Shown here piece by piece: positions 26,926 through 35,987 of a DNA stretch of 35,987 nt. The position numbers and the translations under genes are program-made. Every line of letters begins with the position of its first letter. Position 1 is the first letter of the stretch. Under the pieces are notes generated by a model, which was not told where the DNA came from, ran no database searches, and saw nothing but the letters and a program-made list of their open reading frames with translations. Source of the stretch: a virus (taxonomy: Duplodnaviria > Caudoviricetes); the IMG/VR virus record IMGVR_UViG_3300035145_001458, positions 1-35,987 of that record, one strand, 5' to 3'.

Positions 26926-27697
26926 TATATTCTTCCACTTTAGTAAATCTATAACCATACCAGTCATGATTTGTCTTGGTATAGAATTGATACTTACCTT
27001 TTAGATGTTCGGGGAAGGGGATCTCAATGATCTCCGCCCCGTATTTTTTTGCAATGATTTCTGCAATGTCTCGGAAAGAATATGTATAGGTAGATCCGAG
27101 ATCAAAGATTCCAGATCCTTCCCTGTTGTTTGGAACGATGCGAACAATATCATCGACAAATATAAAGTCTCTCAACATGTTCTCCGATCCCTCGAAGATC
27201 TTGATCTTTCCTGTCATCTTGGCTTCTTCAGTAAACTTACTGATAGGACTACGTTGATTACCTTTATGCTCTTCTCCGTCTCCATAGACATTAAAGAATC
27301 GGAATCCTTGAATTTTGTGGAACCTGTCAATATTATCCTGAACCCAGTAATCTACCTGCGCTTTTGTCATTGCATAGTAGTTCAATGGGTTGATAGTTCC
27401 ATTGATAAACGTACCGTACACAGAAGCAGAAGAAGCATATCGAACAGGGATGTGATATTCGATTGCTTTTTCAAATAACTTTAATGTTAGTTCTACATTA
27501 TAGAAGTGAAGTTTATTGAGATCTGTCTCTGTTGTAGAAGAGATGGCCCCCATGTGAATGATTTCATCCACGTCTTGCCATCTATTAAATCTTTCCAGAA
27601 TATGAATAGCATTATGCTGCTCTACACCCAGGTGCTGTTCATATTGTTTGGCAAAGTGAGATCCAATGAATCCTGCAGATCCCGTAATCATTTTCAT
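26876..27697 (-). CDS. hldD: ADP-L-glycero-D-manno-heptose 6-epimerase (273 aa)
   Basis: ITGSAGFIGS, HMGAISSTTE, YASSASVYG, PLNYYAMTK (YxxxK), GFRFFNVYG..E.HKG, RDFIFVDD, and IPFPEHLKGKYQFYT, characteristic of RfaD/HldD. Confidence 0.9.
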   Translation of the reverse strand: MKMITGSAGFIGSHFAKQYEQHLGVEQHNAIHILERFNRWQDVDEIIHMGAISSTTETDLNKLHFYNVELTLKLFEKAIEYHIPVRYASSASVYGTFINGTINPLNYYAMTKAQVDYWVQDNIDRFHKIQGFRFFNVYGDGEEHKGNQRSPISKFTEEAKMTGKIKIFEGSENMLRDFIFVDDIVRIVPNNREGSGIFDLGSTYTYSFRDIAEIIAKKYGAEIIEIPFPEHLKGKYQFYTKTNHDWYGYRFTKVEEYINRPLQPDTNQTQSES

Positions 27698-27712
27698 GCT
27701 CTAAACCTCAAT

Positions 27713-27720
27713 TATAAATA
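27713..27720 (+). promoter_or_regulatory. T4 late promoter TATAAATA for the rightward structural genes
   Basis: Exact consensus in the 65-nt gap between hldD and the ORF at 27763. Confidence 0.8.
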
Positions 27721-27736
27721 GCATTAACATATAGTG

Positions 27737-27744
27737 TATTTATC
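27737..27744 (-). promoter_or_regulatory. Minus-strand late promoter (GATAAATA) for hldD
   Basis: Plus-strand TATTTATC is the reverse complement of GATAAATA, about 40 nt upstream of the hldD ATG. A GAGG SD on the minus strand (plus-strand CCTC near 27706) is also present. Confidence 0.7.
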
Positions 27745-27762
27745 CACGACTAGGGGAAAGGC

Positions 27763-28932
27763 ATGTCATCACACCCAACGTTTGGTTACTTGGCGGGGGT
27801 AATTCCAAGTACACCAAAAAGAAATACTTTATTGTACACTGCACAAGCAAGTGAGCTTGCTGAAGGTACAATCATTGTAACTCACAAAAATCCTTACCCC
27901 ACAAAAATTAGAATTCTTGTTGTTGACCAAGCAGATATGGTCAACGGTGTTCCTCAAGTCGCAACTAAATCGTTCTGCTATTTTAACATATTTGTTGGAG
28001 AAGGACAAACGTTTGAAACTCAAACGATGTATGTCTCTGACACACAATCAATTCTAGTATGGTCTGATAGACCAGACACTAACTTTGTCTTTCAAGGTTC
28101 TGTAGTCACCTTACCAGAAACAGGTTCTGGTCTTATTGCTTCCAAGGTAGTTGATAAAGAAGGATATCAAGAGAAGCTCTTTACGAATGGTCCTGATGAT
28201 CAGAAGACGGTAACTATCTTTGCTTGTAACAAGGGCGCGGATGTAGCAAGAATCCGCATGGGTGTTGCGGAGTCTGGAAGACCATATCCATATATCGATG
28301 CAACAGAATATTATGACTTTAACATTAAGTTGAGTCCTGGTCAAACTTACACAAGAACTGATGTAAGAGTTGGCGAAAACAAAGAACTCATTGTTAGATC
28401 TGATAGTTCTGATGTAAACTGGGTTGCTCTCGGAACATCAAACTTTGAAGCAACTACACAGGTAAGTCTTGCTCTGCCAGGTAATCTATCTGTAGGTGGT
28501 ACGGCCACGTTCCAAGGAGAGTCTTCATTTGCAGGTGACATTGACTTCACCTCACCAGAAATTGACTATACTCTTTCTGTTCTTCGTGGTTACAATGTAA
28601 GCGCCACCAATACTTGGTTTATTGATAGTAACAGTGGTGATGCTCAATTCCAAGATGTATCTATTGGAGCTCTTTCATCATCAGGTGGTATCACTGTTAC
28701 TGATCCAGTAACATCTCTTCCAGTCTTTACAGTAGACCCTCTTACTGGTGATGTAAACGTATCAGGTGCTCTTTCTGCAGGCACTTTCAACTATGAAATC
28801 TCTATCGACGGTGATTTAGATCTTCTAAATAATAGAGTAATAAATATGGCAGAACCACAGGCGGCATCGGACGCTGCGACACGTAGGTACGTCGATAACT
28901 ACGCTATCATTTATGCGGTTGCTCTCTCATAA
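27763..28932 (+). CDS. Virion structural protein (389 aa) with two tandem ~105-aa domains and a fibre-type C-terminus
   Basis: Two repeats similar to 17891..18211; ends NNRVINMAEPQAASDAATRRYVD...YAVALS. Confidence 0.75.
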   Translation: MSSHPTFGYLAGVIPSTPKRNTLLYTAQASELAEGTIIVTHKNPYPTKIRILVVDQADMVNGVPQVATKSFCYFNIFVGEGQTFETQTMYVSDTQSILVWSDRPDTNFVFQGSVVTLPETGSGLIASKVVDKEGYQEKLFTNGPDDQKTVTIFACNKGADVARIRMGVAESGRPYPYIDATEYYDFNIKLSPGQTYTRTDVRVGENKELIVRSDSSDVNWVALGTSNFEATTQVSLALPGNLSVGGTATFQGESSFAGDIDFTSPEIDYTLSVLRGYNVSATNTWFIDSNSGDAQFQDVSIGALSSSGGITVTDPVTSLPVFTVDPLTGDVNVSGALSAGTFNYEISIDGDLDLLNNRVINMAEPQAASDAATRRYVDNYAIIYAVALS

Positions 28933-28952
28933 GAACGAATCTGGAGTTTTAG

Positions 28953-31900
28953 ATGGCTAAAAAGCAAATTAAAAATTACGCCTTCAACCCAGGGGTTGCT
29001 GGTGCAGGTACTTTAAAATTTGTTGGCAGGTATAGTGAAGAGCAACTTCTTCTAATTACGAATGTAACTGCTGGTGAGGTTCTCGCTTCTTTCGCAGATG
29101 CAGCGAAACCAACATCGTTGAGTTACATCCTAGTCAACCCTTTAAGTACGGATACTGATTTCCCGTCAGCACACAATGAGGCAGACTACCTCACAGTAAT
29201 TACTTTCCTTTACGACACAACACAATTTAGTTCTGGCGATTCTGTTCAGATCTTTGTTGAAGTTGATGAGCAAACTATTAGGCCGTGGGACTTTGGTACG
29301 GACGCTATTGAGCGTATGCGTGTCGCTGAACCACAGTCGATGCTTGACGCCGACTTTGAGTATGGCATCCAACCAACGAAGTGGCAGTCACTAGACCTCT
29401 TCAGAAACTATCCATCTCTATACGAAATTCCTGGAACCACGATTGGTATTTCCGCTATCTCAACAGATGCTTCTTCAGGAACTAACTTCATTGGACCTTC
29501 ACGTATCACCGTACAGTCTGTACTAGACCACGGCCTTGCTGAAGGTGATCCAATTAACGTTCGTGGTGTAGATGATTCTATCTTTGGATACAGTAAAGCA
29601 GAAGGATCTTTTGTTGTTGCTGATGTAGTAACCGCAACAGAATTTACTTTTTTCGCTAAAGGTAAGGTAGGAACTCTACAAGGAACTCAACTTCTAACAA
29701 ACTTCACGGAAGTCAAGAAGTCTGGGTTCTATACAGGTGCTGAAATCGGATCTCCAACTCTATCAGTTCTCACACAAGGTGCTACTGGTAATGTTCTTTC
29801 TGATCAGACTTCGGCAGATGGACAACCAATTATTGGTTTGCAAGGAAGCGCAGTAGTGCCCCCTATCGGTGCTCCTATTACTGGTATTGGTGTTACTAGT
29901 GGTTCTCAAGTCACCGCAACAGTGGCAACTGCTTTTGATAAAGAAGTAACCACATCATTTACAGCACCAGTATCAAGTATCATTCTAAATGATGTTACTA
30001 ATATTGAGGTAGGACATGCTGTGTCCGATGGTGCGGGAGCTAACATTTTTGTCACCAATATTTCTGGTAATGAAGTATTTTTCAGTGGTGACCTAACAGT
30101 AGATAAGAGTGGTAACAACCTTTCTCAAAGTTTCCAAAACGTATCACCAGTAAACTTCGGTCAAGGATTCGGAGCAAAATTTGATATAGCTAGAACTGCT
30201 GGTGCATACAGTGCTACCGTTTCTACAACATCTTTCTTCTCAAATCTAGAGGTATCTGGTTACTCGGGAACATTTGGAAACGGAACTCAATGGAATGTTG
30301 TTGTTGATCATAGCACTGGAACTTACACTACTGTAGTTCTTGTAAGTCCAGGTGTTGCTTTCTCGGCCACAGAAACTGTTACTATTGCTGGTACAGATCT
30401 CGGAGGAACTTCCCCAGCAAACGATTTGGTTATTACTATTGACACCGTAGATGCTGCTGGTGCTATTCTAACCTTCACACCATCTGCTGGTGCTGTCGCT
30501 ACAACCACCAATCCAAATGTCGGACAAGGATTTACTGCTGGTGAAACTCTAGTTGTATATGGAACTCAACTTGATGGTGAGTCTCCTGCTAATGACCTAA
30601 AGATCAATGTAATTACTGTTGATACTAACGGAGAGATTCTAACGTTCAACGTACAGGGTACTGGTATTTCACCAAACCAGGACTATAACGGTTTGAGTCC
30701 ATCTGGTGGAACTGGTACAAACTCCAACTTCAATGTCCAGAGACTTGGCGGTGGTTTAGTTGAGACCCAACTATACGAACTAACTGTTGGTGGTATCATT
30801 GAGACAGATGATAATTTCCAACTAGACTTTACTGGTAACGTTGTTGGAACAGTAAGCTACACCGCACAAGTAGGAGATACAATCACTGCTGTTAGAAATG
30901 GGTTGATTGATGCTATCAATACCGCTTCCATTGCTGGTACAATTGATGTTTGGGCATCTGCAGGCGATACTTCTGATGTACTTTACGTCGAGGGACTTAC
31001 TGGAGGTGTAACTTTCGGTCTTACCCAGACTTTAACAGATGTTGGTGGTGCTGCTTCAGATGGACAAACACTGGTTGTAGTCGAAAACAGAGCAGCAACC
31101 AACACGAGTGGAACACCTGCATATAACGTTACTATCGCAAACCCTGGTAGCGATTATACTGTTGGAGACACTCTACTAATTTCTGGTAACGAACTTGGTG
31201 GCGTTTCACCAGAGAACGATCTGACTCTTAATATTCAAACCATTGATGCTAATGGCGGAGTCTCTACATTCACTCAAGCAGGTGCTCCATCCAATGGAGA
31301 TGCATCTTATGAGGCTTTGACCCCACAATCAGCAGCAGTTGGAGCAACAATTAAAGCAACTATCAATGATGCTGGTGATTATATTCCTGTAATTGGATCA
31401 CCTGGAACTGGATATGAACTAGGTTATGAACTTTTGGTTGACGGATCTCTTCTAGGTGCCTTGTCTCCTGACAATGACATGACTGTTACTATTACTAGTG
31501 TAGATTCGTCAGGATCTATTCTGGAAGCTACGGCCACTGGCAACCCAGCATCTGGAGATACGATTACTTTCAGACCATCGATGACGATGAGCGAACCATT
31601 GTTCCAATTGGTTCCTAGCAGCACATCATTTGCTTTTAGTTCTATCGCAAAGATCAACGCAGCATTTACTTCCAACCACGGTCTTCTACCAGGAAGTCAA
31701 ATCCTTGTTGCAATTACATCAAATGGTGTAAACCATGATCTATGTTCTGGACCATTCTTTGTTGAGAGTGTTCCAACTCCAACATCGTTGACATACACTT
31801 CTAGATCTACTGGAAACGTTGCTACAGGAACCACACTAACAGGTTCAATTACTGCTAGATCTGATACGTTCTATGTTCACAGACCATTTGATGGTGGTGT

Positions 31901-34007
31901 TCAAATTGGTACAGGATCTCCTGCACACGGAGCACAGGCAATTCGTCAGTCCAAGAAGTATATCAGATACCAGTCAGGTAAAGGTATCATGTATACAACT
32001 GGTGTTAACTTCGCTCCTTCCTATGACATCAGAAGTGTCATTGCAGAAGGAACTGATATCGGATCGAAGATTGAAGTTATCACTGATGACATCGATCATG
32101 GCCTACAAGTTGGTGCAGAAGTAACTCTTGAGGGTATTACATCTAGTGGTTACAACGGTCAGTATACTGTCACTGAAGTTGTAAATGAAAACACATTCAA
32201 GATCGAGGCGCAAGAAGTCCTAGAAGAAACTACCGCAAGGTTTGGTATTCAGCCACAGGTAGGTCTCTATGCATGGAAAGGTGCTACTGTTAGATCTGGT
32301 TGTTTTGATGAACAGAATGGTATCTTCTTCCAGTATGATGGAACGAACTATGCTATCGGTTTGAGATCTTCTACATTCCAGTTAGCAGGAACTCTATCTG
32401 TCAATACAGGATCAAATGAAATCAGTGGATTTAATACCAGATTTAGAGAACAGTTGAAAGTGGGTGATAGAATTGTACTTCGTGGTATGACTCATGTTGT
32501 TACTGGTATTGATGATAACACTACCATGTTTGTCAATCCAGACTACAGAGGAGTTACTAATTGTGTAAGCAGCAAGGCAGCAATCACCAGAGAACTAATC
32601 ATTCCTCAAAGTCAATGGAACATTGACAAGTGTGATGGCACTGGTCAGTCTGGATATAAGATCAACGTCAATAAGATGCAGATGATCGGATTCCAGTATT
32701 CCTGGTATGGTGCTGGTTTCATCGACTGGATGCTACGTGGTCCTCGCGGAGATTATATCTTCCTACACAGACTCAAGAACAACAACCTCAACACAGAGGC
32801 ATACATGAGATCTGGTAACCTTCCAGTTAGATATGAAGTTGTCAACGAAGGGCCTGGCGCAAGACTAGCAAGTGATATCGATGCAGCAGCAACAGATATT
32901 ACTCTAGATGATGCATCACTGTTCCCCGACTTCGGAACTTTGTATATCGATAACGAACTCATTCGTTATAACTCCAAGAATGGTAATGTCCTTTCTGGAC
33001 TAACTAGAGAGTCAGTATTCTCCAACTTCGCAGCAGGATCTCAAAGATCATATACTGCTGGACCAGCAGCGGCACACACCGAGAATACTGGTGTTGTTCT
33101 TGCCAGTGTAACTGCTACTCCACAGATCAATCACTGGGGTTCTGCATTCTTGACTGATGGCAAGTTTGATGAAGATAGAGGATACATCTTCTCATACAGA
33201 CTACCAACAGTTCAGGTAGGTGTTATTAAGTCCACACTGTTCCTGATTCGCCTAGCACCTAGCGTATCTAACGCAATCATCGGTGATCTTGGCGAAAGAG
33301 AACTAATCAACAGAGCACAGTTGCTACTGAAGAACATTGATATTGTTGTGGAAGGTGGACAGAATACTCAAACGGTTATTGTTGAGGGTATTCTAAACCC
33401 ATCTAACTATCCAGAAGTGCCAGCCGACGTTTCTTGGGATGGTCTAAACAACCAGGGTGCTGGTGGACAACCATCATTCGCGCAGGTTGCTACTTCAGTT
33501 GATTGGGGTACTACTCAAACCTCAATTGCAGCAACAAACGCAGTAGATAATGGCAGAAGAAACTATCATTACTTCAACCCCAATGATGTTTCTGGGGTCA
33601 ATATTGGTGACAACGTTTCTACAGTTGGTGCAAGTGGTAAGAACTTCAGTGGTGGTGAAACTGTTACTGGTATCAATAATAGTAGTGTATTCCCTGGTTT
33701 GGTATTCATCACATTCTCTAGTAGTATCGATGCTGGTTCGATTGGTCAAACAACATTTACCTTCACATCACTTGCTGGTTCTACCGCACAACCAGGCGAA
33801 CAGGTATTCTCATTCACGGCAGGTTGTGGTAGTGGAGACCGTGATGGTATTGATCTATCTGGTCTTAAGGAACTCACCAACACTCCAATCGGAGGAACGG
33901 GCGCATTCCCTAACGGCCCTGACGTACTAGCGATCAACGCATTCCTATCTAATGGATCTGACGTTGACGTTACGATCAACTTGAGATGGTCCGAAGCACA
34001 GGCATAA
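28953..34007 (+). CDS. Large virion structural protein (1684 aa) with internal repeats
   Basis: GGAG SD. MAKKQIKNYAF.PG, DAIERMRVAEPQSMLDADFEYGIQPTKW, three (D/N)HGL..G domains, four G..LG..SP.ND repeats, and terminal INLRWSEAQA, as seen upstream of gp13 in cyanomyophages. Confidence 0.85.
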   Translation: MAKKQIKNYAFNPGVAGAGTLKFVGRYSEEQLLLITNVTAGEVLASFADAAKPTSLSYILVNPLSTDTDFPSAHNEADYLTVITFLYDTTQFSSGDSVQIFVEVDEQTIRPWDFGTDAIERMRVAEPQSMLDADFEYGIQPTKWQSLDLFRNYPSLYEIPGTTIGISAISTDASSGTNFIGPSRITVQSVLDHGLAEGDPINVRGVDDSIFGYSKAEGSFVVADVVTATEFTFFAKGKVGTLQGTQLLTNFTEVKKSGFYTGAEIGSPTLSVLTQGATGNVLSDQTSADGQPIIGLQGSAVVPPIGAPITGIGVTSGSQVTATVATAFDKEVTTSFTAPVSSIILNDVTNIEVGHAVSDGAGANIFVTNISGNEVFFSGDLTVDKSGNNLSQSFQNVSPVNFGQGFGAKFDIARTAGAYSATVSTTSFFSNLEVSGYSGTFGNGTQWNVVVDHSTGTYTTVVLVSPGVAFSATETVTIAGTDLGGTSPANDLVITIDTVDAAGAILTFTPSAGAVATTTNPNVGQGFTAGETLVVYGTQLDGESPANDLKINVITVDTNGEILTFNVQGTGISPNQDYNGLSPSGGTGTNSNFNVQRLGGGLVETQLYELTVGGIIETDDNFQLDFTGNVVGTVSYTAQVGDTITAVRNGLIDAINTASIAGTIDVWASAGDTSDVLYVEGLTGGVTFGLTQTLTDVGGAASDGQTLVVVENRAATNTSGTPAYNVTIANPGSDYTVGDTLLISGNELGGVSPENDLTLNIQTIDANGGVSTFTQAGAPSNGDASYEALTPQSAAVGATIKATINDAGDYIPVIGSPGTGYELGYELLVDGSLLGALSPDNDMTVTITSVDSSGSILEATATGNPASGDTITFRPSMTMSEPLFQLVPSSTSFAFSSIAKINAAFTSNHGLLPGSQILVAITSNGVNHDLCSGPFFVESVPTPTSLTYTSRSTGNVATGTTLTGSITARSDTFYVHRPFDGGVQIGTGSPAHGAQAIRQSKKYIRYQSGKGIMYTTGVNFAPSYDIRSVIAEGTDIGSKIEVITDDIDHGLQVGAEVTLEGITSSGYNGQYTVTEVVNENTFKIEAQEVLEETTARFGIQPQVGLYAWKGATVRSGCFDEQNGIFFQYDGTNYAIGLRSSTFQLAGTLSVNTGSNEISGFNTRFREQLKVGDRIVLRGMTHVVTGIDDNTTMFVNPDYRGVTNCVSSKAAITRELIIPQSQWNIDKCDGTGQSGYKINVNKMQMIGFQYSWYGAGFIDWMLRGPRGDYIFLHRLKNNNLNTEAYMRSGNLPVRYEVVNEGPGARLASDIDAAATDITLDDASLFPDFGTLYIDNELIRYNSKNGNVLSGLTRESVFSNFAAGSQRSYTAGPAAAHTENTGVVLASVTATPQINHWGSAFLTDGKFDEDRGYIFSYRLPTVQVGVIKSTLFLIRLAPSVSNAIIGDLGERELINRAQLLLKNIDIVVEGGQNTQTVIVEGILNPSNYPEVPADVSWDGLNNQGAGGQPSFAQVATSVDWGTTQTSIAATNAVDNGRRNYHYFNPNDVSGVNIGDNVSTVGASGKNFSGGETVTGINNSSVFPGLVFITFSSSIDAGSIGQTTFTFTSLAGSTAQPGEQVFSFTAGCGSGDRDGIDLSGLKELTNTPIGGTGAFPNGPDVLAINAFLSNGSDVDVTINLRWSEAQA

Positions 34008-34017
34008 GGAGTAACTA

Positions 34018-34848
34018 ATGGCAGTACCCGCATCGAGAGCAGAACTTAAAGAGTATTGCTTGAGGCGTTTAGGTCATCCAGTTCTTGAAATTAACGTAGA
34101 TGATGATCAACTGGATGACCTGATTGATGACGCTTTCCAATACTATAGAGAGCGTCATTTTGATGGCGTCGAGAAAATTTATCTCAAGCATGAGATCACA
34201 GCAGATGATGTAACTAGATTTGATAGTGCAGATGAGACTTCATCGACTCTGGCTCCTGATGCTGCTACTTGGTCTAGCAGAAAGAACTTTATTGAGATCC
34301 CAGAACAGGTAGTTGGTATCTCCAAGGTTTTTGGTATCTCTTCTAGCATGGCTAGAAATGATCTCTTTGGTATGAACAACCAGTATTTCCTGATGGATAT
34401 CTTTTCCTTCTCGTCAGGATTTGCTTTTGGTAACTTTGACATGACGAACTACTACATGATCAAGCAATATTTTGAAACGCTTGACATGATTGTTCAGACT
34501 GGATCTTTGATACAGTTTAGATTTAATCAAAGAAGTGATAGATTGTATATTGATATTGATAAGAATAGAATGGTAGAAGGCAACTATCTTCTAATTGAAT
34601 GTTATTCTTATGCAGATCCAGACGTTGCTACACAATTTTATAACGATAGTTTTATCAAACAGTATCTAACTTCATTGATCAAGAGACAGTGGGGTCAGAA
34701 CCTAATCAAGTTTAACAATGTACAACTGCCTGGTGGCGTATCACTGAACGGCAGACAGTTGTTTGAGGATGCACAGAAAGAGATTGATGCTCTCATGGAG
34801 AAGAGCTCGTCTTACTATGAACTTCCCCCAATGGATATGATCGGATGA
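34018..34848 (+). CDS. gp13: Neck protein gp13 (T4-like)
   Basis: PASRAELKEYCLRRLGHPVLEINVDDDQ...HFDG and KRQWGQNLIKFNNVQLPGGVSLNG...ELPPMDMIG. Confidence 0.95.
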   Translation: MAVPASRAELKEYCLRRLGHPVLEINVDDDQLDDLIDDAFQYYRERHFDGVEKIYLKHEITADDVTRFDSADETSSTLAPDAATWSSRKNFIEIPEQVVGISKVFGISSSMARNDLFGMNNQYFLMDIFSFSSGFAFGNFDMTNYYMIKQYFETLDMIVQTGSLIQFRFNQRSDRLYIDIDKNRMVEGNYLLIECYSYADPDVATQFYNDSFIKQYLTSLIKRQWGQNLIKFNNVQLPGGVSLNGRQLFEDAQKEIDALMEKSSSYYELPPMDMIG

Positions 34849-35723
34849 AGAGTATCTATTTTCCACAGCACGGTGGTGTCAGCACCGAACAGGCGCTTAT
34901 CCAAAGTTTAGTGGATGAGCAGATCAAATTGTTTGGCAGTGATGTCTACTATCTTCCAAGGAAGATGATTAAGGACGTTCCTCTCAATGATGTATTGTAC
35001 TCCGAGTTTAAGACTCAATACATGATCGAGATGCTACTGATCAACGTTGAGGGATTTGGATCACCATCTGAATTCATCAGTAAGTTTGGTCTACGTATCA
35101 CTGATGAGATTACTATGGTGGTGTCACAGAACAGATGGAGTCAAGTATTCCAAGAGTTTGCCGACATCACTACTGTGGATGGTAGACCCAATGAAGGAGA
35201 CTTAATCTATCTACCACTTACCGAAGATCTATATGAGATCAAGTTCGTAGAAAGAGAAGCACCCTTTTATCAGTTAGGTAAGAACTACATCTATACCATG
35301 ACTGCTGAACTCTATGAGCTTGGCAACGATGAGTTCGAGACTGGCATTGAAGAGATTGATGAGATCGAAGAGATCTTTGCTCCTTCTATCACAATTGATA
35401 TGGATCCACAGGCCACCACACATTACATCCAAGGTGAGACGGTGACTGGTGGAACCACTGGAACAACTGCTGAAGTATCCTTCTGGGATAGAGATAATCA
35501 CACCCTCACACTTATCAACAGAAACGGTAACTTTACCCCTGGAGAGACCATCACTGGATCTGAAAGTGGCGTTGTACAAGACAGCGTAGAAGTCGATAAC
35601 CTGACGCTAGAAAACGTCGAGTACGCCGACAATAAATATATTGAAACAACAGCTGATGATCTTCTCGACTTCACCGAGAGGAACCCATTCGGTGAGTATG
35701 GTAAAGTAACTGGTGAGTTCTGA
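34845..35723 (+). CDS. gp14: Neck protein gp14 (T4-like)
   Basis: EQ.LIQSLVDEQIKLFG.DVYYLPR, SKFGL...DE, RPNEGDLIYLP, LYEIKFVE...PFYQLGK and DFTERNPFGE. Confidence 0.95.
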   Translation: MKSIYFPQHGGVSTEQALIQSLVDEQIKLFGSDVYYLPRKMIKDVPLNDVLYSEFKTQYMIEMLLINVEGFGSPSEFISKFGLRITDEITMVVSQNRWSQVFQEFADITTVDGRPNEGDLIYLPLTEDLYEIKFVEREAPFYQLGKNYIYTMTAELYELGNDEFETGIEEIDEIEEIFAPSITIDMDPQATTHYIQGETVTGGTTGTTAEVSFWDRDNHTLTLINRNGNFTPGETITGSESGVVQDSVEVDNLTLENVEYADNKYIETTADDLLDFTERNPFGEYGKVTGEF

Positions 35724-35987
35724 TGTTAGGTCCACATTTTTATAACGAAGCGATTAGAAAAACAGTAATCGGTTTCGGTACACTATTCAACAACATTGAA
35801 GTCAGGAAGTACGATCCGTCAACTGGTGACGTGATTGAGGCCGAGAAGGTTCCTCTAGCCTATGGTCCCAAGAACAAATTTTTGACACGTCTGGAACAGA
35901 ATCCTGACGTTGATAAGAAAGTCGCTATTACATTACCACGTCTCTACTTTGAGATGACTGGTATCAATTATGATGGTGCAAGAAAGA
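35723..35987 (+). CDS. gp15: Tail sheath stabiliser/completion protein gp15, 3' truncated by the window
   Basis: TGATG overlap. Manual translation MLGPHFYNEAIRKTVIGFGTLFNNIEV...KVPLAYGPKNKFLTRL...AITLPRLYFEMTGINYD; not in the ORF track because it runs off the end. Confidence 0.92.
   Translation, partial: MLGPHFYNEAIRKTVIGFGTLFNNIEVRKYDPSTGDVIEAEKVPLAYGPKNKFLTRLEQNPDVDKKVAITLPRLYFEMTGINYDGARK

Noticed and set aside
27005-27478. 157-aa plus-strand ORF that would keep the region co-directional
   Set aside because: It is the antisense shadow of hldD, which has unmistakable family motifs on the minus strand.
1-35987. tRNA, rRNA, intron, intein or homing endonuclease
   Set aside because: Intergenic gaps are all under about 90 nt and are filled by promoters or terminators; no cloverleaf or nuclease motif was seen by eye.

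Overview
The window is part of the virion-structure region of a T4-like myophage, most likely a marine cyanophage (Synechococcus/Prochlorococcus-type; inferred from gene order, protein motifs and NATAAATA late promoters). It runs from the C-terminus of a VrlC-like structural protein, through large fibre/repeat proteins, three tandem Cys/Gly-rich adhesin-like paralogues and a fibre-chaperone-like gene, to neck genes gp13 and gp14 and the start of gp15. Between the Cys-rich genes and the next structural genes sits a seven-gene sugar cassette (22321-27697): a GT9-like glycosyltransferase, a NodU/CmcH carbamoyltransferase, split HldE domains (nucleotidyltransferase and kinase), a small HAD phosphatase, a cupin and a minus-strand HldD epimerase. 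Both ends of the cassette have late-promoter-like motifs. The best candidate for a new system is a phage-encoded NDP-heptose pathway, apparently without GmhA in this window, that may glycosylate and carbamoylate the phage's own fibre/adhesin proteins. All family calls come from motif recognition by eye; no database search was run.
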